From IMG/VR virus record IMGVR_UViG_2778261181_000003: DNA of 25,108 bases; one strand, 5' to 3'. The translations under genes were made by a program, and so were the position numbers. Origin of the DNA: a virus. Lineage: Duplodnaviria; Heunggongvirae; Uroviricota; Caudoviricetes. Of the stretch, positions 1 through 8,205 are shown piece after piece (positions within the stretch are counted from its first letter, which is position 1; the number at the start of each line of letters is the position of its first letter). Under the pieces are notes generated by a model. That model worked only from the letters and a program-made list of their open reading frames with translations, had not been told where the DNA came from and did not search any database.

Positions 1-1032
1 TCAAAAACTTGCTATTGATGTTGGTAGTGTTGCCAGCGGATTAAACCGTAATGCAGTTTCCAGGTGATCCGGTGCCAGATGTGCGTAACGCATAGTCATT
101 TTTATATCGTGATGCCCGAGAATTTTTTGTAAGGCCAGGATATTTCCACCCGACATCATGAAGTGCGCCGCAAACGTATGGCGCAGAACGTGTGTCAGTT
201 GACCGCGAGGGAGCACGATAGACGTTTTTTCCATCACGGATAAAAATTGAAAATAGCAGTCTGTAAAGAAATTGAACCCATCAAGCGCCATGATCTCTTC
301 GTAAAGCTCTTTACTGATAGGGATGCTTCTGTTTTTCTTCCCCTTCGTTCTTACAAAGGTAATTCGGTATTTGGTCACCTGTGAGCGGGTAAGATTTACG
401 GCTTCACGCCAACGTGCGCCTGTGCTTAAGCATATCTTAACTACCAGTGCCAGAATTGGGTCCTGACGTTTGCAATCAGCCAGCAATTCAACAATCTGCT
501 CATGGGTAAGCCATGCCATCTCTTTTTCTGCGATGGTGAATTTTCGCATGTTCTCCAGTGGGTTTGGATACGACCATTCGCCCAGGCGGGATAGTTCGCT
601 AAAAACACTACTTAGATAGCTTTGCTCCAGGTTAATGGTGACCGGGCTGGCTCCTTTCTTCCATTTCTCGCTGAAGTAGATCTCACCTGTCAGGCGTTTA
701 TCTCGATAGTGGGCAAACATTTTAGAGGTGAGATTGGTTGCAAGAGGATTGCCTAGAGCGTCAACCATCAGCAGCAATTTGTCATAGACATGCTGCCCAG
801 CAGTCAGAGATTTACCATGTAATTTGAACCATAGCTCAACCACGTCTTTCAGGGTTCGACGATCCACTGATTCGCCCAGCCAGGGCTTTGATTCGGTTTC
901 TTCCATCGTGTGACGCTCAAAAGCCAGAGCTTCGCCTTTGGTGGCGAATTGTTTACGCACACGACGCCCACTTCTTCCGGCGGGGTAACATTCGCAAAGC
1001 CATTTCCCTGTGGTGAGTTTTCGTACTGCCAT
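1..1032 (-). CDS. int: Phage integrase, tyrosine recombinase (P2/186 Int-like); ATG at 1030-1032, stop at 1-3
   Basis: 343-aa product from the internal ATG with GGAGGG RBS 8 nt upstream; C-terminal tyrosine-recombinase motifs visible (LSTGARW, HVLRHTFAAHF, LGHHDIKMTMRYAHL); sits leftmost next to the repressor as in P2/186 prophages. The 395-aa track ORF starts at an upstream non-ATG codon and is probably over-extended. Confidence 0.9.
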   Translation of the reverse strand: MAVRKLTTGKWLCECYPAGRSGRRVRKQFATKGEALAFERHTMEETESKPWLGESVDRRTLKDVVELWFKLHGKSLTAGQHVYDKLLLMVDALGNPLATNLTSKMFAHYRDKRLTGEIYFSEKWKKGASPVTINLEQSYLSSVFSELSRLGEWSYPNPLENMRKFTIAEKEMAWLTHEQIVELLADCKRQDPILALVVKICLSTGARWREAVNLTRSQVTKYRITFVRTKGKKNRSIPISKELYEEIMALDGFNFFTDCYFQFLSVMEKTSIVLPRGQLTHVLRHTFAAHFMMSGGNILALQKILGHHDIKMTMRYAHLAPDHLETALRFNPLATLPTSIASF

Positions 1033-1220
1033 AAAAAATGCCCTCCAGTAGAGAGCATTTTTACTGTATGTATAACCAGTGTCAATGTATGAAATCCTAC
1101 GACCATACATCTCACTGAAGCCATAATGAAGTTGGCTATTCTTTTTGCTATGTGAGCATGTAACTTTTGCGGTTAACCTGCGGCTCATTTTTATTTTAGA
1201 CGCAGATATAAAAGCAAAAG

Positions 1221-1412
1221 TTATCGTGAGTTTTTAGTACAGATTTTTTTGGATTTACTAATAGTTCCATCATTGCAAACGAATTTGCCATCTGAGGTAC
1301 AGTGAGAAACACCTCCCTTTTTCCCTGAGCAGGGATAATTTCTAGCATAGGTAGTTAGTGGGTTTAATAACAAAGAACATGACAAAACCACAAAAAATAC
1401 CTTACCAAGCAT
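1221..1412 (-). CDS. Small predicted secreted cysteine-rich protein (63 aa), function unknown
   Basis: ATG at 1410-1412 preceded by GGGAGG RBS, only 15 nt downstream of the CI stop (same strand, looks translationally coupled); N-terminal hydrophobic signal-like segment then about 40 residues with 4 Cys. No family recognised. Confidence 0.5.
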   Translation of the reverse strand: MLGKVFFVVLSCSLLLNPLTTYARNYPCSGKKGGVSHCTSDGKFVCNDGTISKSKKICTKNSR

Positions 1413-1427
1413 AGTTTCCTCCCGGTA

Positions 1428-2084
1428 CTATTTAACATACTTGACTGTTAAACTTATAATTTTACCAATTATTTCAATGTCTTCTATCTTGCATTCGAAG
1501 GCTCTGTTTCCACCCTCGACGAAGATTCTTCCACCGGGTAAACGAGTAATGTCACGGATCGTTATTTCGCCATCAATACTTATTACCCATTTACCATCAC
1601 GTATATCATCAAATTCTTTATCACAAATAAATTCAGAATTGTTATCTGTGATGACAAAAGGTTTTTTAAACGTAGAGGGTAGAAATCCCTTATCAAAAAT
1701 ATAAAAACCGTCTTTCTGCAATGCTCCATCAGACAATAAATATTTTTCTACTTCTATAGTATTTGTATTTGCTGATGCTTGCTTTGAACCATGCCCTGTT
1801 GTTAGCCAATTAAGCGAGGTGCCCGTTTCAAGGGCGCACTGGATTACCCAATCTGCTGGAAAAATATCACGCATATAGCGCGTTGCCATGGTGCTCTTAG
1901 AAACACCTAAATGATCACAGAGAGCCTGACGGGTACCGAACCCATATGCTTCAACTAAACGTTCTATGGCTTTCTTACCGCCGCTATTGAAATCCACAAG
2001 TCCTCCAAAGAAATCCAAAATTCGTTGACAGATTCCAAAAGCGATCTTAAAGTTGAACCAGAAGTGTTCTTTTGGAGCCTTCAC
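1428..2084 (-). CDS. cI: Phage 186 CI-type immunity repressor (HTH DNA-binding N-terminus)
   Basis: Segment IERLVEAYGFGTRQALCDHLGVSKSTMATRY ... CALETGTSLNWLTTGHG resembles the N-terminal HTH region of 186 CI as I recall it; transcribed divergently from apl/cII toward int. True start uncertain: no in-frame ATG near the N-terminus (GTG at 2082-2084, TTG at 2016-2018 or GTG at 1995-1997 are candidates). Confidence 0.75.
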   Translation of the reverse strand: MKAPKEHFWFNFKIAFGICQRILDFFGGLVDFNSGGKKAIERLVEAYGFGTRQALCDHLGVSKSTMATRYMRDIFPADWVIQCALETGTSLNWLTTGHGSKQASANTNTIEVEKYLLSDGALQKDGFYIFDKGFLPSTFKKPFVITDNNSEFICDKEFDDIRDGKWVISIDGEITIRDITRLPGGRIFVEGGNRAFECKIEDIEIIGKIISLTVKYVK

Positions 2085-2142
2085 TACTAATCACGACAAA
2101 CAACGGCTCGCCACAAGCCATATCTAGAAGGAATGTTGCCTT

Positions 2143-2346
2143 ATGACACCTAACATTTCAATTACTCTGAATACACCACATGTCACAATCGAACGTTATA
2201 GCGAACTGACTGGCCTTTCTATTGATACGATTAACGACATGTTGGCTGATGGCCGACTACCTCGTCATCGTCTTCGTAAAGACAAAAAACGTGAAAAGGT
2301 AATGATTAACCTGGCTGCTCTGACTGTTGATGCTTTGTCTGCTTAA
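2143..2346 (+). CDS. apl: Apl/Cox-like excisionase and switch regulator (67 aa)
   Basis: Small basic protein, first gene of the rightward operon divergent from cI and directly upstream of cII, matching the 186 apl position. Confidence 0.65.
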   Translation: MTPNISITLNTPHVTIERYSELTGLSIDTINDMLADGRLPRHRLRKDKKREKVMINLAALTVDALSA

Positions 2347-2410
2347 TAGACGTCTATTTTCACAATAAGACGCTGAGTTCGATTTTGCGATAAGTTCGGA
2401 GTTGAAAACC

Positions 2411-2920
2411 ATGTTTGATTACCAAGTTTCCAAACATCCACATTTTGATGAAGCCTGTCGTGCATTCGCACTGCGCCACAACCTGGTGCAACTGGCAGAA
2501 CGTGCAGGCATGAATGTGCAGATTCTGCGGAACAAGCTGAACCCAGCTCAACCTCATTTATTAACCGCACCAGAAATCTGGCTGCTTACCGATCTGACTG
2601 AAGATTCAACGCTGGTAGACGGTTTTCTGGCACAGATTCATTGTCTGCCATGTGTACCGATTAATGAGGTGGCAAAAGAGAAACTGCCACATTACGTCAT
2701 GAGTGCAACCGCAGAGATCGGGCGTGTTGCTGCAGGTGCGGTATCTGGCGATGTAAAAACCAGTGCAGGTCGTCGTGATGCCATCAGCAGCATTAACTCT
2801 GTAACACGACTGATGGCACTGGCTGCTGTTTCATTGCAGGCCCGTTTACAGGCTAACCCTGCGATGGCGAGTGCAGTTGATACCGTAACTGGCCTCGGTG
2901 CTTCATTCGGTTTGCTGTGA
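2411..2920 (+). CDS. cII: Phage 186 CII-like lysogeny establishment regulator (169 aa from ATG 2411)
   Basis: Position immediately after apl; length from the first ATG matches the 169 aa I recall for 186 CII; GGAG upstream. Track ORF begins at TTG 2402. Confidence 0.7.
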   Translation: MFDYQVSKHPHFDEACRAFALRHNLVQLAERAGMNVQILRNKLNPAQPHLLTAPEIWLLTDLTEDSTLVDGFLAQIHCLPCVPINEVAKEKLPHYVMSATAEIGRVAAGAVSGDVKTSAGRRDAISSINSVTRLMALAAVSLQARLQANPAMASAVDTVTGLGASFGLL

Positions 2921-2927
2921 GGTGCTT

Positions 2928-3224
2928 ATGCTGACGAAAGAACCATCATTTGCATCGCTGCTGGTAAAACAAAGCCCGGCAATGCACTACGGTCACGGCT
3001 GGATCATGGGTGAGGATGGTAAACGCTGGCATCCATGTCATTCACAAGATGAATTGCTGTCTGAATTGACCACGAGGAAACGGAGAAAGTCAAAATGTAT
3101 GCAGCGGAAAGTGAAGTGGTTTATCAGTTTCGTTACAGAGGGGAAAGTTATTCAGTACCTGAAGATGATTTGCTCTGTTGTTATCCGTCGTTGTCGGGCG
3201 ATGGCAGTTACTTTTTCACGCTAA
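2928..3224 (+). CDS. Hypothetical early protein (possible fil/dhr-region gene); 3' extent uncertain
   Basis: ATG at 2928 with GAGGTG RBS overlapping the cII stop; N-terminal 55 aa look protein-like, but the 3' third overlaps ORF 3095-3319 in another frame and looks like out-of-frame sequence. Confidence 0.35.
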   Translation: MLTKEPSFASLLVKQSPAMHYGHGWIMGEDGKRWHPCHSQDELLSELTTRKRRKSKCMQRKVKWFISFVTEGKVIQYLKMICSVVIRRCRAMAVTFSR

Positions 3225-3319
3225 GGGATGGGACGTTTTTACGGGGAGAGCAGGTTAAAGAAACGATACGAAAAAATGTATCTCCTCTTGAACGTTACCG
3301 TAAGAACAAAGAACGATAG
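3095..3319 (+). CDS. Hypothetical early protein (74 aa)
   Basis: ATG at 3095 preceded by GAGGAAACGGAG RBS; well-formed charged small protein; overlaps the previous ORF by about 130 nt. Confidence 0.45.
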   Translation: MYAAESEVVYQFRYRGESYSVPEDDLLCCYPSLSGDGSYFFTLRDGTFLRGEQVKETIRKNVSPLERYRKNKER

Positions 3320-3341
3320 TTGCGTTTTGGGGATATGAATT

Positions 3342-3683
3342 ATGGCAATTAATGGCGCTGCGGCGACTGTTCCATTAAGCCCCGGTGAACGCCTGAATGG
3401 ACTTAATCACATTGCGGAGTTAAGGGCGAAAGTATTTGGCCTGAATATTGAGTCAGAGCTTGAGCGGTTTATTAAAGATATGCGTGATCCACGGGATATC
3501 AATAACGAACAAAATAAACGAGCACTGGCTGCCATATTCTTTATGGCAAAAATTCCAGCTGAACGTCATAGCATCAGCATTAATGAGCTGACCACTGACG
3601 AAAAGCGGGAGTTGATTAAAGCAATGAATCATTTTCGTGCAGTGGTGAGCTTATTTCCCAGACGGCTAACCATGCCGAATTAA
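3342..3683 (+). CDS. Hypothetical early protein (113 aa)
   Basis: ATG with upstream GGGGA; clean ORF in the early operon between cII and the replication gene. Confidence 0.55.
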   Translation: MAINGAAATVPLSPGERLNGLNHIAELRAKVFGLNIESELERFIKDMRDPRDINNEQNKRALAAIFFMAKIPAERHSISINELTTDEKRELIKAMNHFRAVVSLFPRRLTMPN

Positions 3684-3750
3684 CCAATAAATAAAATTCA
3701 TGGCGTAAACCCGCCGGGCATCCCTTTATCTAAATTCAGGAGAATTGATT

Positions 3751-3984
3751 ATGCGTAATATTGAAACCCTCACGACTAAAACCGGACCGGATGATGCAGG
3801 TCTTAATCTTTTACTGACAGAGGCCCGACTTGAAGAACGTCGGGCAAGGGCTGAGGCAATGGCTGCCCGCCTTGATAGCCTGGCGTGTCATATCACATCC
3901 CGCCAGCTAAACCACGTCGAAGCAGCAGAACTGCTGCGTGTGACCGCTGAAGCAATCCAGAACGAAGCGCAGGAGATCCACTAA
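3751..3984 (+). CDS. Hypothetical early protein (77 aa from ATG 3751)
   Basis: ATG at 3751 with CAGGAGA RBS 7 nt upstream; stop overlaps the start of the next gene (TAATG). Confidence 0.55.
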   Translation: MRNIETLTTKTGPDDAGLNLLLTEARLEERRARAEAMAARLDSLACHITSRQLNHVEAAELLRVTAEAIQNEAQEIH

Positions 3985-4211
3985 TGGCTGATGCAATGGA
4001 TCTCGTACAGCAGCGCGTTGAAGAAGAACGCCAGCGCCATATCCGTGCTGCCCGTGCCAAAACACCGGGCGTGTCTCGCGTGCTTTGCATTGAATGTGAA
4101 GCACCAATTCCGCCAGCACGCCGCCGTGCCATTCCTGGAGTGCAGCTTTGCATTACCTGTCAGGAAATCGCAGAGCTGAAAGGCAAACATTACAACGGAG
4201 GTGCTGTATGA
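3984..4211 (+). CDS. TraR/DksA-family C4 zinc-finger protein (75 aa)
   Basis: Four-cysteine pattern CIECE ... CITCQ with Arg-rich linker typical of phage TraR/DksA-like proteins; stop overlaps the dam ATG (ATGA). Confidence 0.7.
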   Translation: MADAMDLVQQRVEEERQRHIRAARAKTPGVSRVLCIECEAPIPPARRRAIPGVQLCITCQEIAELKGKHYNGGAV

Positions 4212-5065
4212 GCACCATCCTGAAATGGGCGGGAAATAAAACCGCAATTATGTCCGAACTGAAAAAATACCTACCTGCTGGCCCGCGACTGGTTGAACCT
4301 TTCGCGGGTTCCTGTGCTGTGATGATGGAGACGGATTACCCCAGCTATCTGGTTGCGGATATTAATCCTGATTTAATCAACCTCTATAAAAAGATTGCCG
4401 CTGATTGCGAGGCGTTTATATCGCGGACCAGAACTTTGTTTGAGGAAGCAAACAGTGACCTAGCTTATTACAACATAAGGCAGGAGTTTAATTACTCAAC
4501 TGAAATTAATGATTTCATGAAAGCGATATATTTCCTGTATCTCAATCGTCATGGTTACCGTGGGTTATGTCGCTATAACAAGAGCGGGCATTTCAACATT
4601 CCCTACGGTAATTATAAAAATCCGTATTTCCCTGAAAAAGAAATTCGCGCATTTGCAGAAAAAGCCCAGCGGGCAACGTTTATCTGCGCCAGCTTTGATG
4701 AAACGCTGGCGATGTTGAAGGCGGGGGATGTGGTGTATTGCGATCCGCCGTATGACGGCACGTTTTCCGGTTATCACACTGACGGCTTCACTGAAGATGA
4801 CCAGTATCACCTGGCATCCGTTCTTGAATATCGATCATCAGAAGGTCATCCGGTCATTGTTTCTAACAGTGATACATCCCTGATCCGTTCGCTGTATCGC
4901 AATTTCACTCACCACTACATCAAGGCAAAACGCAGCATCGGCGTGTCAGCTGGCGAGAGTAAATCTGCAACAGAAATCATTGCTGTTTCCGGGTCGCGCT
5001 GCTGGATGGGATTTGATCCTTCGCGTGGCGTGGATAGTTCTGCTGTGTACGAGGTGCGTGTATGA
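4208..5065 (+). CDS. dam: DNA adenine methyltransferase, Dam family (N6-adenine MTase)
   Basis: N-terminal LKWAGNK motif (AdoMet binding) and catalytic DPPY motif in the translation; ATG at 4208 overlapping the upstream stop; 3' end overlaps the A gene start. Confidence 0.85.
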   Translation: MSTILKWAGNKTAIMSELKKYLPAGPRLVEPFAGSCAVMMETDYPSYLVADINPDLINLYKKIAADCEAFISRTRTLFEEANSDLAYYNIRQEFNYSTEINDFMKAIYFLYLNRHGYRGLCRYNKSGHFNIPYGNYKNPYFPEKEIRAFAEKAQRATFICASFDETLAMLKAGDVVYCDPPYDGTFSGYHTDGFTEDDQYHLASVLEYRSSEGHPVIVSNSDTSLIRSLYRNFTHHYIKAKRSIGVSAGESKSATEIIAVSGSRCWMGFDPSRGVDSSAVYEVRV

Positions 5066-7476
5066 GTCATGACGATATGAGCAACTCTAGCGGCTTTAAC
5101 GAGGCTGCCGCAGCATTTTCATGGAACGGCCCGAAAAAGGCCATTAACCCTTATCTGGATCCGGCGGAAGTTGCGCCGGAGTCTGCACTTTCAAACCTGA
5201 TCACTCTGTACGCTGCCGATAACGAGCAGGAACAACTGCGCCGCGAGGCACTGAGTGAGCAGGTCTGGGAGCGTTATTTCTTTAATGAATCCCGTGATCC
5301 TGTCCAGCGCGAAATGGAGCAGGATAAGCTCATTAGCCGGGCAAAGCTGGCGCATGAGCAGCAGCGTTTTAACCCGGACATGGTCATTCTGGCAGATGTC
5401 AGCGCCCAGCCTTCTCATATCAGCAAGCCGCTGATGCAACGTATCGAATACTTCAGCAGCCTGGGCAGGCCAAAGGCTTATTCCCGCTATTTGCGTGAGA
5501 CGATTAAGCCATGTCTGGAGCGACTGGATTGTGTACGTGACAGTCAGCTATCTGTTTCTTTCCGTTTTATGGCAAGCCATCAAGGGCTGGAGGGGCTGCT
5601 GATCCTGCCTGAAATGAGCCAGGATCAGGTGAAACGCCTGTCCACCCTGGTAGCAGCGCATATGAGCATGTGTCTTGAGGCCGCTTGTGGTGATTTGTAC
5701 GCCACCGATGACGTTAAGCCAGAAGAAATCCGCAAGACATGGGAAAAGGTGGCTGCGGAAACCCTGCGTCTGGATGTTATCCCGCCTGCGTTTGAGAAAC
5801 TTCGTCGGAAAAGAAACCGCCGCAAACCTGTGCCCTATGAACTCATACCGGGTTCGCTGGCACGTATGCTTTGCGCCGACTGGTGGTATCGAAAATTGTG
5901 GAAGATGCGTTGCGAATGGCGGGAAGAGCAGTTGCGTGCTGTCTGTCTGGTCAGCAAAAAAGCATCTCCCTATGTCAGCTATGAAGCAGTGACGCATAAA
6001 CGTGAGCAGCGCCGCAAGTCGCTGGAGTTTTTCCGTTCTCATGAACTGGTGAACGAAGACGGAGACACGCTGGATATGGAAGATGTGGTAAACGCCAGCA
6101 GCAGCAACCCGGCACATCGCCGCAATGAGATGATGGCCTGCGTTAAAGGTCTGGAGCTTATCGCGGAAATGCGCGGTGACTGCGCCGTTTTCTACACCAT
6201 CACCTGTCCGTCACGTTTCCATTCCACGCTCAATAACGGCAGACCAAACCCGACCTGGACAAATGCGACGGTAAGACAAAGCAGTGATTATCTGGTCGGC
6301 ATGTTTGCTGCATTTCGTAAGGCGATGCACAAAGCCGGATTGCGGTGGTATGGCGTGCGGGTGGCTGAGCCGCATCATGACGGTACTGTGCACTGGCATC
6401 TCATGTGCTTCATGCGTAAAAAAGACCGCCGCGCCATCACTGCATTACTGCGTAAGTTTGCCATCCGTGAAGACCGCGAGGAACTGGGCAATAACACGGG
6501 GCCACGCTTTAAGTCTGAGCTGATTAACCCGCGCAAAGGAACGCCGACAAGCTACATCGCGAAATACATCAGTAAGAACATTGACGGGCGTGGTCTGGCT
6601 GGCGAGATCAGCAAGGAAACGGGTAAATCCCTGCGTGATAACGCTGAATACGTTAATGCCTGGGCGTCTCTGCATCGTGTTCAGCAATTCCGCTTCTTTG
6701 GCATTCCGGGGCGTCAGGCTTACCGTGAACTGCGATTGCTGGCTGGTCAGGCGGCAAGGCAGCAGGGTGACAAAAAAGCAGGTGCGCCGGTACTGGATGA
6801 TCCGCGTCTTGATGCCATTCTGGCTGCTGCTGATGCTGGCTGTTTTGCCACCTACATTATGAAGCAGGGCGGCGTGTTGGTTCCCCGCAAATATCACTTG
6901 ATCAGAACCGCTTATGAAATCAACGAAGAGCCGACCGCCTATGGTGATCACGGTATTCGTATTTATGGCATCTGGTCACCCATTGCAGAGGGCAAGATCT
7001 GCACTCATGCAGTGAAGTGGAAAATGGTTCGTAAGGCCGTTGACGTTCAGGAGGCGGCAGCCGACCAGGGCGCTTGCGCCCCTTGGACTCGTGGCAATAA
7101 CTGTCCCCTTGCTGAAAATTTGTACCAACAAGGGAAAGACAAATCAGCTGATGGAGATACCAGAACGGATATCACCCGTATGGATGACAAGGAGTTGCAC
7201 GATTACCTGCACAGTATGAGCAAAAAAGAGCGCCGGGAACTGGCAGCAAGGTTACGCCTGGTGAAACCGAAACGGCGTAAAGACTACAAACAGCGAATTA
7301 CAGATCATCAGCGACAGCAGCTCGTGTATGAACTGAAGTCCAGGGGATTTGATGGCAGCGAGAAAGAGGTCGATTTACTCCTTCGCGGCGGCAGTATTCC
7401 GTCAGGAGCAGGCCTGCGTATCTTCTATCGGAACCAGCGTTTGCAGGAAGATGATAAGTGGCGGAACCTGTATTAA
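5062..7476 (+). CDS. A: Replication initiation endonuclease A (rolling-circle initiator, P2 gpA-like)
   Basis: 804-aa protein with HUH-type motif ([13 protein letters not shown]) and paired-tyrosine motif ([10 protein letters not shown]) as in the phiX174 A / P2 A superfamily; position after the early genes matches P2/186. Confidence 0.85.
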   Translation: MSHDDMSNSSGFNEAAAAFSWNGPKKAINPYLDPAEVAPESALSNLITLYAADNEQEQLRREALSEQVWERYFFNESRDPVQREMEQDKLISRAKLAHEQQRFNPDMVILADVSAQPSHISKPLMQRIEYFSSLGRPKAYSRYLRETIKPCLERLDCVRDSQLSVSFRFMASHQGLEGLLILPEMSQDQVKRLSTLVAAHMSMCLEAACGDLYATDDVKPEEIRKTWEKVAAETLRLDVIPPAFEKLRRKRNRRKPVPYELIPGSLARMLCADWWYRKLWKMRCEWREEQLRAVCLVSKKASPYVSYEAVTHKREQRRKSLEFFRSHELVNEDGDTLDMEDVVNASSSNPAHRRNEMMACVKGLELIAEMRGDCAVFYTITCPSRFHSTLNNGRPNPTWTNATVRQSSDYLVGMFAAFRKAMHKAGLRWYGVRVAEPHHDGTVHWHLMCFMRKKDRRAITALLRKFAIREDREELGNNTGPRFKSELINPRKGTPTSYIAKYISKNIDGRGLAGEISKETGKSLRDNAEYVNAWASLHRVQQFRFFGIPGRQAYRELRLLAGQAARQQGDKKAGAPVLDDPRLDAILAAADAGCFATYIMKQGGVLVPRKYHLIRTAYEINEEPTAYGDHGIRIYGIWSPIAEGKICTHAVKWKMVRKAVDVQEAAADQGACAPWTRGNNCPLAENLYQQGKDKSADGDTRTDITRMDDKELHDYLHSMSKKERRELAARLRLVKPKRRKDYKQRITDHQRQQLVYELKSRGFDGSEKEVDLLLRGGSIPSGAGLRIFYRNQRLQEDDKWRNLY

Positions 7477-7545
7477 TTACGCGGGTTAACAATTCGTGCT
7501 CTTAATAATACCAGGCATTTCTGGCTGATGAACGTAAAAAAACGT

Positions 7546-7588
7546 TTTACATCAGTAAGATTATTATATACTGTAAATATAAACAGTG
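7546..7588 (+). promoter_or_regulatory. SOS-regulated promoter: LexA box tACTGTaaatataaACAGtg (7569-7588) overlapping a sigma70-like -35 TTTACA / -10 TATACT
   Basis: CTGT-N8-ACAG with AT-rich spacer, mismatches to the consensus TACTGTATATATATACAGTA at only three positions; about 40 nt upstream of the RBS and ATG of ORF 7629. Confidence 0.65.
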
Positions 7589-7628
7589 GTTATGTATACA
7601 GTATCGCTTTGGTGTCATAGGAGGAAAG

Positions 7629-7817
7629 ATGCAGGACTATTTTTTGGAGTCTTTGAAGCTCCAGCGCATTGATTTTTTTCTTAAGCTTGTAGCGGCTAGT
7701 GAGTGTAGTGATGAAGAGAAGGGGCTGGCTCTGCAGTGGGTTTCTGAATTGACTGATGAACTCATGGCAAAAATCAGAACCCACGAATACAACCGCTCAA
7801 TGGATGTCATCAGTTGA
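7629..7817 (+). CDS. Small protein downstream of the LexA box (62 aa); possible Tum-like antirepressor N-terminal module
   Basis: Strong RBS AGGAGGAAAG before the ATG; the location after gene A and under a LexA box matches the 186 tum locus. Sequence identity to Tum not verified. Confidence 0.5.
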   Translation: MQDYFLESLKLQRIDFFLKLVAASECSDEEKGLALQWVSELTDELMAKIRTHEYNRSMDVIS

Positions 7818-7827
7818 GGTGACTTTT

Positions 7828-8061
7828 ATGCGCATTGAAATAATGATCGATAAAGAGCAGAAGATTAGCCAGTCTACCCTGGACGCCCTTGAATCCGAGC
7901 TTTACCGCAATCTGCGCCCCCTGTATCCCAAAACGGTAATTCGTATCCGCAAAGGTAGCTCTAACGGTGTGGAACTGACCGGACTGCAACTGGATGAAGA
8001 AAGAAAACAAGTGATGAAAATTATGCAGAAAGTGTGGGAAGACGACAGCTGGCTGCATTAA
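7828..8061 (+). CDS. DinI-family protein (77 aa)
   Basis: Resembles E. coli DinI in length and pattern (MRIE..., acidic C-terminus ending WEDDSWLH versus DinI ...WESADDWF); GAGGTGA RBS; same operon as the LexA-box promoter. Confidence 0.75.
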   Translation: MRIEIMIDKEQKISQSTLDALESELYRNLRPLYPKTVIRIRKGSSNGVELTGLQLDEERKQVMKIMQKVWEDDSWLH

Positions 8062-8205
8062 GAAACGTTGCCTCCAGGAGGATTCATTCTGATGGGGGCT
8101 AGTTTGGGCAACGAGTGAAACGAGGCGTAAGGTGGGCGGGCATTTTGATAAGTGATCGTCCGCTTTGTGCTAGAAGCGGTCGTTACCGCTTCAGCACTTT
8201 GTTAA

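Noticed and set aside
4148-4207. Upstream extension of the dam ORF (MHYLSGN...)
   Set aside because: It would overlap the TraR-like gene by 60 nt; the ATG at 4208 gives the canonical Dam N-terminus and overlaps the upstream stop in the usual coupled arrangement.
5548-6951. Minus-strand ORFs of 189 and 168 aa inside the replication gene A
   Set aside because: Antisense shadow ORFs within a single long conserved gene; no RBS and no motif support.
7591-7606. Second LexA half-site (TATACAGTA) just downstream of the main LexA box
   Set aside because: Only the right half matches; the left half (GTGG instead of CTGT) does not, so it was not called as a second operator.
8155-8190. Short hairpins (5-6 bp stems) between the DinI-like and HerA genes as a bidirectional terminator
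   Set aside because: Stems are short and no convincing U-tract follows on either strand; not reported as a feature, though some termination here is plausible.
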